Counted from the first letter of the stretch, positions 17,738-26,361 are shown. The stretch is 32,000 nucleotides of DNA from Candidatus Saccharimonadota bacterium (GCA_016700015.1 CP064995.1:1-32000); one strand, 5' to 3'. Notes: a model not told the origin generated them from the letters alone. Numbers and translations are program-made.

Positions 17738-18364
17738 ATGGCCAATGCGATCAAAGAAAAACTCATAACCGGTGACTATATCGACAGTGAAGGTGACGTG
17801 CGTACTCCTGATGACTTTGGCTTTCAGGCAGTCGGACCAAATCGATATGGCAGCAGTGATGAACTACTTCCATCAGATGTAACTACGCACATCGACGGGG
17901 AGCGTGAAGACTACCTTAATTATGAAGCAACGCGTGATACCATCCGTGTATTGTCGCATGACATAGGCATACATGGTCTCGTGTTGTGCGAAATGGCTGA
18001 TATCGAAGTAAGTCCAAGGGATAGAGCTATTGCGCTCGAAGATGCCCTGTGGCATACGCTTCGTACCAATCGAAACGTTCATTTTGTTAAAACGAGTAGG
18101 GCTCATCATCCTGCTGCTGTTGCTCGATCTGTTGTTGAGCACGCCCTAAAAGCAAACGAAGCCCTTGCTCGTGCGCAAGGTTTAGATCGGCTAGCAGCAG
18201 AAGGACTCATGGATCCAATTGACGTTCGCTATAGACAAGTTCAAGCACGTCGCGCTATGTTCGACCAATACGCCGGTGCACATAACCGGAGAAAACGTGC
18301 GGAGTTCCGTCGTCGATTGCGACGTCAACAGCAAACTAACCAAGACGAAATAACTCCTCGTTAG
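17738..18364 (+). CDS. hypothetical protein with Arg-rich C-terminal tail
   Basis: ATG 17738 lies 9 nt after TGcTATAAT. The protein ends in NRRKRAEFRRRLRRQQQ. No family recognised. Confidence 0.55.
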   Translation: MANAIKEKLITGDYIDSEGDVRTPDDFGFQAVGPNRYGSSDELLPSDVTTHIDGEREDYLNYEATRDTIRVLSHDIGIHGLVLCEMADIEVSPRDRAIALEDALWHTLRTNRNVHFVKTSRAHHPAAVARSVVEHALKANEALARAQGLDRLAAEGLMDPIDVRYRQVQARRAMFDQYAGAHNRRKRAEFRRRLRRQQQTNQDEITPR

Positions 18365-18378
18365 ACGAGGAGTTATTT
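18348..18378. terminator. bidirectional hairpin between the convergent CDS and tRNA
   Basis: AAATAACTCCTCG (18348-18360) pairs perfectly with CGAGGAGTTATTT (18366-18378), giving a 13-bp stem with A/T runs on both sides. It overlaps the TAG stop. Confidence 0.6.
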
Positions 18379-18381
18379 AAT

Positions 18382-18457
18382 TGGTGGGGGTGGAAGGGAT
18401 TGAACCTTCGACCAACAGGTTATGAGCCCGCTGCTCTAACCACTGAGCTACACCCCC
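18382..18457 (-). tRNA. tRNA with anticodon CAT (elongator Met or lysidine-dependent Ile2)
   Basis: 76-nt cloverleaf: acceptor GGGGGTG/CACCCCC, D arm GCTC-AGTGGTTA-GAGC, anticodon loop CTCATAA (CAT = rc of 18422-18424), T arm GAAGG-TTCAATC-CCTTC, CCA encoded. G1-C72 is paired, so it is not an initiator. Confidence 0.9.
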
Positions 18458-18513
18458 AGGGTCTACGCGGTATTATAGCCTATTTTTCTCTGTTAGACTA
18501 TAATGTTATTACC

Positions 18514-18969
18514 ATGAGCATTGCTGGCAGTATCAGGATTGTCGTCCATTTGTGGCGGCGCTACGGCACGATGAACAATATCGTGACCGCTGGGGCATTA
18601 CTCGTTGCTGCGGGCTGGGCATGGGGTTCGGTCACAACGATGCAGCGTAACTTTACCTTGCAGCGCGAGGTCGATGCCAAGCGCCGCGAGCTTGAGCTAA
18701 CTGACCTTGAAGTGCAGACACTGCGATATCAGCAAAATTACTATAGGAGTGATGAGTACAAAGATCTCGCTGCCCGCGAACACCTGGGTTTAGCTTCACC
18801 TGGGGAGAAGGTATTGCTACTTCCCCCTAATAGTGAAGCTGTGACTCAATCTGACGCTCGTGCCGCACAGGTAGTGCAGGTCACTAGCGGTGCGACGCTG
18901 GCAGCGAGTAATTTCGACCAGTGGATGAACTTTCTATCGGGTGCCAGTGCGAGGGATTTGCAAAACTAG
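18514..18969 (+). CDS. septum formation initiator family protein (FtsB/DivIC-like)
   Basis: One TM helix followed by a coiled coil (LQREVDAKRRELELTDLEVQTLRYQQNYYRSDEYKDLAAREHLGL). The track ORF start (18400) runs through the tRNA gene, so I used ATG 18514. Confidence 0.68.
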   Translation: MSIAGSIRIVVHLWRRYGTMNNIVTAGALLVAAGWAWGSVTTMQRNFTLQREVDAKRRELELTDLEVQTLRYQQNYYRSDEYKDLAAREHLGLASPGEKVLLLPPNSEAVTQSDARAAQVVQVTSGATLAASNFDQWMNFLSGASARDLQN

Positions 18970-18997
18970 TTTATATCTGGTAAGATGAAGTTTGTGC

Positions 18998-19075
<78 letters not shown>

Positions 19076-19080
19076 TAGAA

Positions 19081-19116
19081 AAATGCCGTGCCCTTTATGG
19101 GCAGGGCATTTTTCTT
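19081..19116 (+). terminator. intrinsic terminator after tRNA-fMet
   Basis: AAATGCCGTGCCC/GGGCAGGGCATTT stem (one G-G mismatch), loop TTTAT, followed by a T-run. Confidence 0.65.
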
Positions 19117-19123
19117 TAGGTTA

Positions 19124-19147
19124 TGCGGTGGCAGGATTTGGTTCTGC
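19124..19147 (-). repeat. inverted, degenerate copy of the tRNA-fMet T-arm/3' acceptor segment
   Basis: The rc reads GCAGAACCAAATCCTGCCACCGCA, versus GCAGGTTCAAATCCTGCCCCCGCA in the tRNA (19046-19069). Confidence 0.7.
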
Positions 19148-19251
19148 GACAGCACGCGAAGCGTGCGTAGTCGCTGGTTCGTGTAGCGCAGTGAAATTCT
19201 GGAAGAGCTTGCTCTTGCCAGAATAAGCAAGCGGAAGAGGCTTTAGCCGAT

Positions 19252-19265
19252 AATCCTGCCCCCGC
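19252..19265 (+). repeat. exact 14-nt direct repeat of the tRNA-fMet 3' end (AATCCTGCCCCCGC)
   Basis: Identical to 19057-19070, which lies inside the tRNA gene. Confidence 0.85.
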
Positions 19266-19303
19266 TAGATTTTGTATTACAACTTATCCCATCTTCTAAG
19301 GGA

Positions 19304-19585
19304 CTATCCTTGCTTGTCCGCCCGAATAATCATAGTTTGCCTCGTCTTCACTTCTTGGTAACATGCTTCGTCGACCTCTGCCATGTACGGGCCGGTCGCC
19401 TCTTCAAACGTAACGAAACCGTATTGCTCATTCAGGCTGTGAAGAAGCTTGGTATAACGTCCCAAGGCTTCGATTGAGATATGGTAGACGGTATACCATT
19501 CGGGTAGGGGGTTCCAGTAACCTGGGTCAAATTCGTACCAGTCTTGTGCGTACACAGCATGCATTTTAGTTGGTATTTCAGTCAT
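19304..19585 (-). CDS. hypothetical protein (93 aa)
   Basis: ATG 19585 has AAGGAGG 5 nt upstream, and the track ORF's longer N-terminus is unlikely. Aromatic-rich (DWYEFDPGYWNPLPEWY). Confidence 0.5.
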   Translation of the reverse strand: MTEIPTKMHAVYAQDWYEFDPGYWNPLPEWYTVYHISIEALGRYTKLLHSLNEQYGFVTFEEATGPYMAEVDEACYQEVKTRQTMIIRADKQG

Positions 19586-19769
19586 AGCGACCTCCTTGTT
19601 GGACATGCGCAACAAAAAAGGTTGCACGAATCCGATTAGTTTCGAATATCGCAGCAACCGCACTGGACGCTTCATCTTGCGATGGAAGCCGCAGACCTAC
19701 TACATAGCTAGTATAGCACTATACGTCCGAAGCACGCATAGACGTTTACAATAGTCGCCATAAAGGCAT

Positions 19770-20408
19770 ATGATGAGCGATATGACCTATGAAAAACCTG
19801 CAAAAGAGTCGCCCAATACAATCGCTCGGTTAGCGATCATACGTCTGCTCGACAGGCATAACATTGATTATTCATGCTGGGGATATGATGGCTCTAAGGC
19901 AGTTGATCAGCTTGTAGAGGAGTTGCTGCAGCAAGAGAGCGTGCTAGAAATTCGCGGTGACATGCTGGTACGACGTGTCGACGGCGTAGCTGTTGACGTT
20001 TTTGCAGAAGTGAACGGGCAATATTACAAACTAGTAGAAGACCGACAAGAATACCGTAGTGACGGGGCGGTTCGACGCCGAGAGTTATCGACATCGCTTG
20101 GCGAAAAAATGCGGACGGGGGAGGACGCGCTTATGGTCATGGTGCGCGCACTACAAGAAGAACTAGGCATTGCCGTCGACCAGGCTGAGTTTCAGGTGGG
20201 TGATACATCGCGAGTGCTCGAGCCGTCGAAGGCATTCCCGGGTCTCATGATCGACCGCGGGCTCACGTACGGGGTAATTATGATAGGCGAGCATGATTTT
20301 GTCGCCTATGGCTACAAGGAAGTTCAGCCGACAAAGACCGTGTATTTCGTGTGGGAACCAGTGGATGTTGGTATGTTCATCACTAGCGACGCTTTAAAGC
20401 CAAATTAA
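19770..20408 (+). CDS. hypothetical protein with degenerate Nudix-like box
   Basis: GEKMRTGEDALMVMVRALQEELGI approximates GX5EX7REUXEEXGU, with RA in place of RE and one extra residue. The start may be ATG 19770 or 19773 (AAAGG upstream). Confidence 0.5.
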   Translation: MMSDMTYEKPAKESPNTIARLAIIRLLDRHNIDYSCWGYDGSKAVDQLVEELLQQESVLEIRGDMLVRRVDGVAVDVFAEVNGQYYKLVEDRQEYRSDGAVRRRELSTSLGEKMRTGEDALMVMVRALQEELGIAVDQAEFQVGDTSRVLEPSKAFPGLMIDRGLTYGVIMIGEHDFVAYGYKEVQPTKTVYFVWEPVDVGMFITSDALKPN

Positions 20409-21570
20409 GCGGGATAAGAAGCACTATTCCGATACCTAATACCGCTAACCCATAGCTTAAATAGCCATTGGAATAGCCTTCACTGTGTATGAAATAGGCA
20501 AGTATGGTTACGGCAGCGACCTCGCTAAGTGGAGTGAAAAGACTGAGTGCAGACAGCATCGTTGATTTGTAGGTGTGCTCCATTGACGCCAACAACTTAG
20601 ATTGCACGACAATGAGCCGTATACGATAATACGCAAGCAATACAACAGAAGCTGCCACAACCACAACTGGGTCGCGTGACCATCCCATGATGATAATCGG
20701 CAGGCAAGTAACAATGAGGTCGAATAGATAGAACGTGCGTGCACTCATCCGGTCGAACCAATGGGTAATGAATCCAAGACCGGCCCCGAGCAGGCTCGAG
20801 AGCGCCTGGATTGCTCCAAATAGTGTAACCGCGACGCCTAGCGACTGGAAAAGCAGTGTGGTGTACTCACCAGACTTGCTATTGATGGCCGCCATAAATC
20901 CGGCAAAAAGAAACAACAGAATGTTTGCCATACTACCGATAGCGCGTAGCGCGTGTAGGGGGTTCTTGCTTATTTTACGATGTTGCTGAATATGAGGGTC
21001 AGCGAGTGAAATTGCAAGCCACACCATCGTTACGAGCGAAAGGGTACCAATCAAGAAGGGTAGTCGCGTATCAAGTTCGTACGTCATTGGCACAAGTGTA
21101 ATCAATACGATATTGCCAATAAGGCCGAAGCTTTGTGAGCGTCCCATAACGCGGGTGTAGTCCTTTTCCCGCTTGAGAGCGATGAGCGTGTCATGAATAA
21201 ACGCTTCGATCGCGCCAGATTGGAACGCCCAACCGCCAAAAAATAATAGGCTGGCGAGCAAACCACCAAGGAAATTTGGCATAACAATATAAAACAGTGG
21301 TGAAGGTGCGGCGATAAGCGCCCCGATAACAATTGCCCGCTTGTTGCCAAAACGATCGGCAAAATAGCCTGTCGGGAGCTGCAGAATAATTTGGGCGAGC
21401 GACGTGATAATAGCAATTTGAGCAATTTCGCCAACGGTAACTTGGCCGGCGTTGACAAGTTGAATAGCGATAAGTGGTAGAAAGACACGCTTTGTGACAA
21501 CTTTATACCACGCATATTTAATAATGTTACGTTCGAGTGACGTTTGTCGCGGAGTAGACACCCGCGCCAT
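20383..21570 (-). CDS. MFS transporter
   Basis: MFS motif A (GYFADRFGNKRAIVIG) and about 12 TM helices. The start overlaps the upstream stop (TAATG). Confidence 0.8.
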   Translation of the reverse strand: MARVSTPRQTSLERNIIKYAWYKVVTKRVFLPLIAIQLVNAGQVTVGEIAQIAIITSLAQIILQLPTGYFADRFGNKRAIVIGALIAAPSPLFYIVMPNFLGGLLASLLFFGGWAFQSGAIEAFIHDTLIALKREKDYTRVMGRSQSFGLIGNIVLITLVPMTYELDTRLPFLIGTLSLVTMVWLAISLADPHIQQHRKISKNPLHALRAIGSMANILLFLFAGFMAAINSKSGEYTTLLFQSLGVAVTLFGAIQALSSLLGAGLGFITHWFDRMSARTFYLFDLIVTCLPIIIMGWSRDPVVVVAASVVLLAYYRIRLIVVQSKLLASMEHTYKSTMLSALSLFTPLSEVAAVTILAYFIHSEGYSNGYLSYGLAVLGIGIVLLIPLNLALKRR

Positions 21571-22946
21571 TATTTTGCTAGCTTACCGCAAGCGACGCGA
21601 ACGGCTTCGCTCCAGCTGAGGAAGGCATGAGGCGTGGCGGCGACCTGGCTGGCGGTGAGGCCGTATTTTACGGCCAGCGCTAGCTCGTGAATGATTTCGG
21701 CGGCATGCGGTGCAACCACGGTTGCGCCAAGTATGACACCCTTTTTGTCAGTGACGACCTTCACGAAGCCGTCGCGGAAATCACTGGTGTTGCTGCGGGC
21801 AATCATGCCGAGCGGGGCGACCGCTTTGTTGATACGGAGGTCACGTTTCAAACAATCATCTTCACTGAGGCCTACACTTGCCACGCCAGGGAAAGTGAAG
21901 GTGAGTCGGGGGCTGGCAGTATAGTCAGGTGTTACCTTATTTTTCATGAGGATGTTGTGGGCCGCTACGCGACTTTCGTGCAGCGCCATGTGCGTGTGAC
22001 GGCTGTGGCCAAGTACATCGCCAGCAGCAAAGATATGTTTGGCGCTCGTCTGAAGGTGTTCATTCACCTCGATACCAACTGGTGTGTAGGTGATAGAAGC
22101 ATTTTCGAGTCCCAGATCGGTAGTAGGAGTTCGTCCAGTAGCGATGAGCACTTCGTCGACTCGTACGCTTTTTTCGACACCGCCGCGTAGGTATGTGACT
22201 TTGGCACCGAGCCCGTCTTTCACGACAGAAAGCGTACGGGTTTGGGTCAGTGACATCACGCCCTTTGTTTCTTGGAGCAACTGCTCCATGAGCTCTCCAA
22301 CTTCCTCATCTTCTTTGGGCAGAAGCCGTGCGGCGATTTCGGCCAGGTAGACTTTCGTCCCAAAAATTGCCATCAACTGTGCTATCTCAACACCAATCGT
22401 GCCGGCTCCAATAATATACAGACTCTTAGGTGGCCGAATTGCCTCAAGGATACTCCTCGGCGTCAGGTAGCCGACATCAGCTAGACCCTGAATGTCGGGA
22501 GCGACCCAATGCGAGCCGGTAGCAACGATGAAATTAGCCGCAGACAGGTGTCGACGATTGACGGTGACTTCATGGGGAGATAGAAAGTGAGCAGTACCCT
22601 CAAATGTAGTAATGCCTTGTGCTTCATAGAACTTTTTGTTGCCGGCTGCACCGGTGCGTTTGACGGCTAACTCTTTCCAGGCGCGGATGCTGGGATAGTT
22701 AAAGCCGAGTGCTGCGCTACGAAGACCAAATCGTGCGCCATGCCGTGTTTCGTCGTAGAGCTGGGCCGCATGGAGCAAAGCCTTGGTGGGCACATCACTC
22801 CAGTTTGGGCTATCACCACCAAAAGTATCGGCTTCGATGATGGCAACTCTTTTACCCTCACGTGCGGCAATTGTCGCTGCAGCAGAGCCACCGGCGCCAC
22901 TGCCGATGACAATAAGGTCGTAGTCAAAATGAGCTTTTTTTGCCAT
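21570..22946 (-). CDS. FAD/NAD(P)-binding pyridine nucleotide-disulfide oxidoreductase family protein (Lpd/SthA-like) lacking the redox-active Cys pair
   Basis: DLIVIGSGAGG (FAD), YIIGAGTIGVE (NAD(P)), FAAGDV, and a C-terminal dimerisation domain with PHAFLSWSE. The usual GGxCxNxGCxPSK reads GGDSPNWSDVPTK. AAGGAGA lies upstream. Confidence 0.85.
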   Translation of the reverse strand: MAKKAHFDYDLIVIGSGAGGSAAATIAAREGKRVAIIEADTFGGDSPNWSDVPTKALLHAAQLYDETRHGARFGLRSAALGFNYPSIRAWKELAVKRTGAAGNKKFYEAQGITTFEGTAHFLSPHEVTVNRRHLSAANFIVATGSHWVAPDIQGLADVGYLTPRSILEAIRPPKSLYIIGAGTIGVEIAQLMAIFGTKVYLAEIAARLLPKEDEEVGELMEQLLQETKGVMSLTQTRTLSVVKDGLGAKVTYLRGGVEKSVRVDEVLIATGRTPTTDLGLENASITYTPVGIEVNEHLQTSAKHIFAAGDVLGHSRHTHMALHESRVAAHNILMKNKVTPDYTASPRLTFTFPGVASVGLSEDDCLKRDLRINKAVAPLGMIARSNTSDFRDGFVKVVTDKKGVILGATVVAPHAAEIIHELALAVKYGLTASQVAATPHAFLSWSEAVRVACGKLAK

Positions 22947-22961
22947 GATACATCGGTCTCC

Positions 22962-23246
22962 TTACATAATCATTCGGTGGTGTTTATATAAATACGCAGC
23001 CTCGGGATGAAACATGACTAAAGTAGCACTGGCTTGACGGCGGATATCCTCACTAGTGATTTCATGCTTGTTGGCAAACCATTTCTCTACACTGCTGCAT
23101 ACCTGCTGAGCAATCTGCGTAGCCTGGCCTTCGGGACAACGCTCGCCAACGCAAGCAGCGAAGACACTTCGCCGTAATTTTTCCGGATCGAATAGCTCGC
23201 TTTTACGCCTGCCGCGCTTTACAACATCAACAACATGATGCATCAT
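22962..23246 (-). CDS. stand-alone ATP-cone domain protein (94 aa)
   Basis: VVKRGRRKSELFDPEKLRRSVFAA...ITSEDIRRQASATLVMFHPEAAYLYKHH fits the ATP-cone pattern (KRdG..e.Fd.eKl..si). Confidence 0.72.
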   Translation of the reverse strand: MMHHVVDVVKRGRRKSELFDPEKLRRSVFAACVGERCPEGQATQIAQQVCSSVEKWFANKHEITSEDIRRQASATLVMFHPEAAYLYKHHRMIM

Positions 23247-23968
23247 AGACCCCCGCGCAGTGCAACCGTTGTTGCCACGACCTCATTGACATAGATGAAG
23301 AATCCGAGGATAACTAGCGCGCTGCCCGCTGCGAACTGCAAGAATCGGCGGTTGGATTCACGCCATTTTTGGATACGACTCAGGCTGCGTCCGCTACCGA
23401 TGAGTACGGCTACTATGACAATACCGAGCGAGGCAATCAAAGTATAGAGTCCCGCACCAGCCAGCTGCAGCGGCACGGGCAGGTAGACCAGAGTAAACGC
23501 AGTAGCCAGTGTAGGGCCGATGACAAATATGCCCTCGGCAATAACACTGACCAGCCCAAGGCTGAAGCTTTCGGCACTGTAGTGAGTGGCTTTTGCGCGC
23601 TCTGCCAAAAAACGTGCCATACCGCGAGGAATCCACAGCGATGTGCCCGCTCGTTCGCGCCGATAATAAAATGCCCATACAGCAACACCGAGGCCAATCA
23701 TGAGCCCAGACACCATTGACCATGCAATGGGCGATACTGTGCTTTTGTTGAACTGACTAACAACGAAGGTGGTGAAGCTAACACTGAGAAGTGTCATGAC
23801 TATTGTGCCGAAAAGAAAACTGCCGACAAGACGTAGCAGTCGTGAGGCTTTGTCCTTACGGCCGATAGCATGACTTGTTAGGAGCGTTACCATACTAACG
23901 CTAAGTTGGAAGCTGGCATGAATAAGCGCAGCGAGTGCGATGATGCCAAAAGCGGTTATGTAATCCAT
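23243..23968 (-). CDS. six-TM membrane protein, function unknown
   Basis: 241-aa hydrophobic ORF. Its stop overlaps the start of the ATP-cone gene (ATGA). Confidence 0.6.
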   Translation of the reverse strand: MDYITAFGIIALAALIHASFQLSVSMVTLLTSHAIGRKDKASRLLRLVGSFLFGTIVMTLLSVSFTTFVVSQFNKSTVSPIAWSMVSGLMIGLGVAVWAFYYRRERAGTSLWIPRGMARFLAERAKATHYSAESFSLGLVSVIAEGIFVIGPTLATAFTLVYLPVPLQLAGAGLYTLIASLGIVIVAVLIGSGRSLSRIQKWRESNRRFLQFAAGSALVILGFFIYVNEVVATTVALRGGL

Positions 23969-24050
23969 GTTTGTCTTGCTATCCTCTTCACTATGTATAC
24001 CATAAGCATATCGGTAAAGTCAAAAAGGACAATGATTTTTTAAAAAGGTA

Positions 24051-24079
24051 TTGCTTTTTTTGCAAGTTTGTGCTATATT
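24051..24079 (+). promoter_or_regulatory. sigma-70-type promoter (TTGCTT-17-TGcTATATT)
   Basis: -35 TTGCTT at 24051-24056, a 17-nt spacer ending in TGc, and -10 TATATT at 24074-24079, in an A/T-rich divergent region. Confidence 0.5.
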
Positions 24080-24123
24080 AAATTCATAAGACAATAAAAA
24101 CAAATAAAGGCAATATAAACGAT

Positions 24124-24270
24124 ATGACCACCACCGAAACCGAATTAGTCACTCTCAGCGACATCTTGGGTCTTGCAAGCTGGAATCGTCCTCGTAGTAC
24201 CGTCGAACTTCGCTCCTTCGTAAACAACCACGACGATGCGCTCGATGTCGAAGATTTTAATCTCGACTAG
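24124..24270 (+). CDS. candidate small acidic ORF (48 aa)
   Basis: MTTTETELVTLSDILGLASWNRPRSTVELRSFVNNHDDALDVEDFNLD. It is below the track's length cut-off, lies downstream of the 24051-24079 promoter, and has only a weak, distant SD (AAAGG, 13 nt). Confidence 0.25.
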   Translation: MTTTETELVTLSDILGLASWNRPRSTVELRSFVNNHDDALDVEDFNLD

Positions 24271-24367
24271 TTTCACTGATTGAATTTTGTGAAAATTCTC
24301 CTAATTTTTGCTCTCAGTAGCACCGTATACTGAGCCATGTAAGCAAGAATAAAAGGAGATTTTTACT

Positions 24368-24760
24368 ATGAATGAACAACGACAAACAACAGAAGTACGT
24401 GAAACCAATGTGCAAGATGGTGCAACCAGTGTCCAGCGTCAGACAGTTCATCAGAGTGCACGCGCTGACGGCAGGGTAGTTGCTAGCCGTGTTGTGTGGT
24501 ATATCGTCGGCTTTATTCTAGTACTGCTTGGGCTAAGGGTGTTGCTATACCTACTTGGCGCCAACCAGGGTTCAGGTTTTGTTGACTTCATTTATGCCAT
24601 CAGCAGTGTGTTTGCAGCACCATTTTATGGTATCTTTGCTCAGCCCGCTTATGGTAAGTCGGTGCTTGATAGTGCTAGTTTGGTCGCAATGGTCGTGTAT
24701 GCCCTTGTGGGTTGGGGGGTTGCAAAACTATTCACACTGAATAGTACGCACGACGAATAA
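24368..24760 (+). CDS. YggT-like membrane protein
   Basis: AAAGGAG lies upstream. LLGLRVLLYLLGAN...FVDFIYAISSVFAAPFYGIF...LDSASLVAMVVYALVGW resembles the YGGT repeat pattern. Confidence 0.55.
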   Translation: MNEQRQTTEVRETNVQDGATSVQRQTVHQSARADGRVVASRVVWYIVGFILVLLGLRVLLYLLGANQGSGFVDFIYAISSVFAAPFYGIFAQPAYGKSVLDSASLVAMVVYALVGWGVAKLFTLNSTHDE

Positions 24761-24779
24761 AAACCCCATATGCTCATTG

Positions 24780-24811
24780 GCCCTGTCACTAGTAGCTGTG
24801 GCAGGGCTTTT
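24780..24811 (+). terminator. intrinsic terminator
   Basis: GCCCTGTCAC/GTGGCAGGGC 10-bp stem (one G-U), 8-nt loop, then TTTT. Confidence 0.65.
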
Positions 24812-24869
24812 AGGATGTACCGTACCTAGTGTATACTAGGGTCAACAATAAGCGGGATGGTACAAGGCA

Positions 24870-26147
24870 ATGGACGAGATGAACAATAAAAAAGATGATG
24901 AGTTTGCGGTGACGGTGCGCACCGATAAACCTACCGAAGATAAAACAGACGAACAAGTATTTGATGAAGTAGTGGAAGCAAATGATGAGCCCACACCTGC
25001 GCCAGAAGCTGTTAGCACTCAAGCAACACCCGAACCGGTTGCTGTCGAACGAGAAGTAACTGCGCATCCCACTGTAGCGGTGACAGCTCCGGCTAGTCAT
25101 GTAGTGGCTGACGACCCTAAGCCTGCTCGCTCTAACTCGCCGGGTATGCTAGTGCTCCAATGGGTGACCTACGCTTTCTGGGGGTGGTTTGCACTTGCCA
25201 TGCTATGGCTCATTGTATTGACATTTAGTTACTTTATTGCAGGTAATGATTCTCAGTCGTGGGGAGATGCCTTGGCGTATCCGCTCGCATCGGTAATCGT
25301 TATGCTTATCTTTGCAGTGGTGGCAGATTTATTCTACGCAAAGCATGAGCCTGAACAGAAGAGTGGTGGGAGTAGCGTGATCATGCTAATTCATGCAGTA
25401 TTGTTTGTTCTGCTGACTGTGGGCTCATTGGTCGTAGCGGTATTTTCACTCATTAATATGTCGATCAACAGTGGTCCAACATCAGGTGCCGATGGCCCGA
25501 CTGTTGCCCTACTAAGCTCACTTTCAATGCTATTGCTCTATAGTTTGGCATCCGCTCGTGTACTCTTCGGTGGCCGAAAGACAATACTTCGAACAGTTCT
25601 TTTAGGAGTATCCACGGCAATGGCAATAGGATTTACTCTCGCGTGTATTATTGGTCCAGCGACTCGCGCTAATGTGACAAAAGATGATCGATTGATTGAA
25701 TCGGGACTAAGCTACCTTGCCCAAGATATCCAAAGCTATACCCGCGAAAACGATAAATTACCAGCCACCTTGAGCGACGTAAAGTCAACATCGAACTATA
25801 CGAAAGACAAGGTACAGGCACTGATTAGCAAAAAGTTAGTTGAATACAAGCCAAATAGCAAACCAGCCACGACGGATGGTGGCGGTGTCTACTACTCGGA
25901 TGACCGGACGACTACAGGAACGAGCACTAAGTTGCCGTCGGGACAAACATTCTATTTCCAGCTGTGTGTCGACTATAAGGCCGAAAAAAACCCTGATTAC
26001 TACTACTACAAAACCAATAGTATCGATGGGTCAGAAGGTGACTATAGTAGTTATATCGACGTGTCATCACACAAAAAAGGTAATGTTTGTTACGACGTGT
26101 CGGCAACTGGCAAATACCCTGATTACGGTGGCGTGAAGCCACTGTAG
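24870..26147 (+). CDS. polytopic membrane protein with acidic/Pro-rich N-terminus and Tyr/Asp-rich C-terminal domain
   Basis: 425-aa ORF with four or five TM helices in the centre. No family recognised. Confidence 0.6.
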   Translation: MDEMNNKKDDEFAVTVRTDKPTEDKTDEQVFDEVVEANDEPTPAPEAVSTQATPEPVAVEREVTAHPTVAVTAPASHVVADDPKPARSNSPGMLVLQWVTYAFWGWFALAMLWLIVLTFSYFIAGNDSQSWGDALAYPLASVIVMLIFAVVADLFYAKHEPEQKSGGSSVIMLIHAVLFVLLTVGSLVVAVFSLINMSINSGPTSGADGPTVALLSSLSMLLLYSLASARVLFGGRKTILRTVLLGVSTAMAIGFTLACIIGPATRANVTKDDRLIESGLSYLAQDIQSYTRENDKLPATLSDVKSTSNYTKDKVQALISKKLVEYKPNSKPATTDGGGVYYSDDRTTTGTSTKLPSGQTFYFQLCVDYKAEKNPDYYYYKTNSIDGSEGDYSSYIDVSSHKKGNVCYDVSATGKYPDYGGVKPL

Positions 26148-26153
26148 CCAATA

Positions 26154-26188
26154 CGAAAAATACTCACACAAAAGGTGAGTATTTTTCG
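26154..26188. terminator. bidirectional hairpin between the convergent CDS and tRNA
   Basis: CGAAAAATACTCAC (26154-26167) pairs perfectly with GTGAGTATTTTTCG (26175-26188), a 14-bp stem that abuts the tRNA 3' end. Confidence 0.65.
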
Positions 26189-26265
26189 TGGTAGCAGCGA
26201 CAGGGAACGATCCTGTGACCTTAGGCTTATGAGTCCTACGCTCTAACCAACTGAGCTACGCTGCC
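26189..26265 (-). tRNA. tRNA with anticodon CAT (elongator-Met-like), non-canonical T loop
   Basis: 77 nt: GGCAGCGTAGCTCAGTTGGTTAGAGCG-TAGGA-CTCATAA-GCCTA-AGGTC-ACAGG-ATCGTTC-CCTGT-CGCTGCT-ACCA. The 5' half resembles E. coli elongator tRNA-Met. Oddities are listed in the findings. Confidence 0.75.
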
Positions 26266-26315
26266 TTATATAACCGAACAGGTGCGCGAAGAGTCTCGCT
26301 TCGTTTTGGTAATCT

Positions 26316-26332
26316 GCAGTTGGTTAGAGCGC
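26316..26332 (+). repeat. inverted copy of the D-arm segment of the adjacent tRNA
   Basis: The rc of 26318-26332 (CGCTCTAACCAACTG) is identical to 26239-26253 inside the tRNA gene. Confidence 0.75.
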
Positions 26333-26361
26333 TGACGCTACTCTATCTCGCTCAAGGCTGT

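Noticed and set aside
18400-18513. N-terminal extension of track ORF 18400-18969.
   Set aside because: It reads through the antisense strand of the tRNA gene (18382-18457). The FtsB-like protein starts plausibly at ATG 18514, 9 nt after a TATAAT.
19119-19270. A second tRNA gene or tRNA pseudogene downstream of tRNA-fMet.
   Set aside because: Only the T-arm and acceptor 3' segment is recognisable. No 5' acceptor strand, D arm or 7-nt anticodon loop can be folded (the central hairpin has a 3-nt loop). I reported it as tRNA-derived repeats instead.
24326-24342. TATACT followed 5 nt later by ATG-TAA (24337-24342), a minimal start-stop ORF upstream of the YggT-like gene.
   Set aside because: It is most simply the promoter and the first bases of the 5' UTR of gene 24368, which has its own strong SD. 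A two-codon ORF cannot be supported from sequence alone.
25660-25900. A pilin-like motif (LAQDIQSYTRENDKLPATLSDV) in the C-terminal domain of the 425-aa membrane protein, hinting at a pilin-fold ectodomain.
   Set aside because: It is a single short motif with no class III signal peptide or N-terminal methylation motif, which is too weak without structure prediction.
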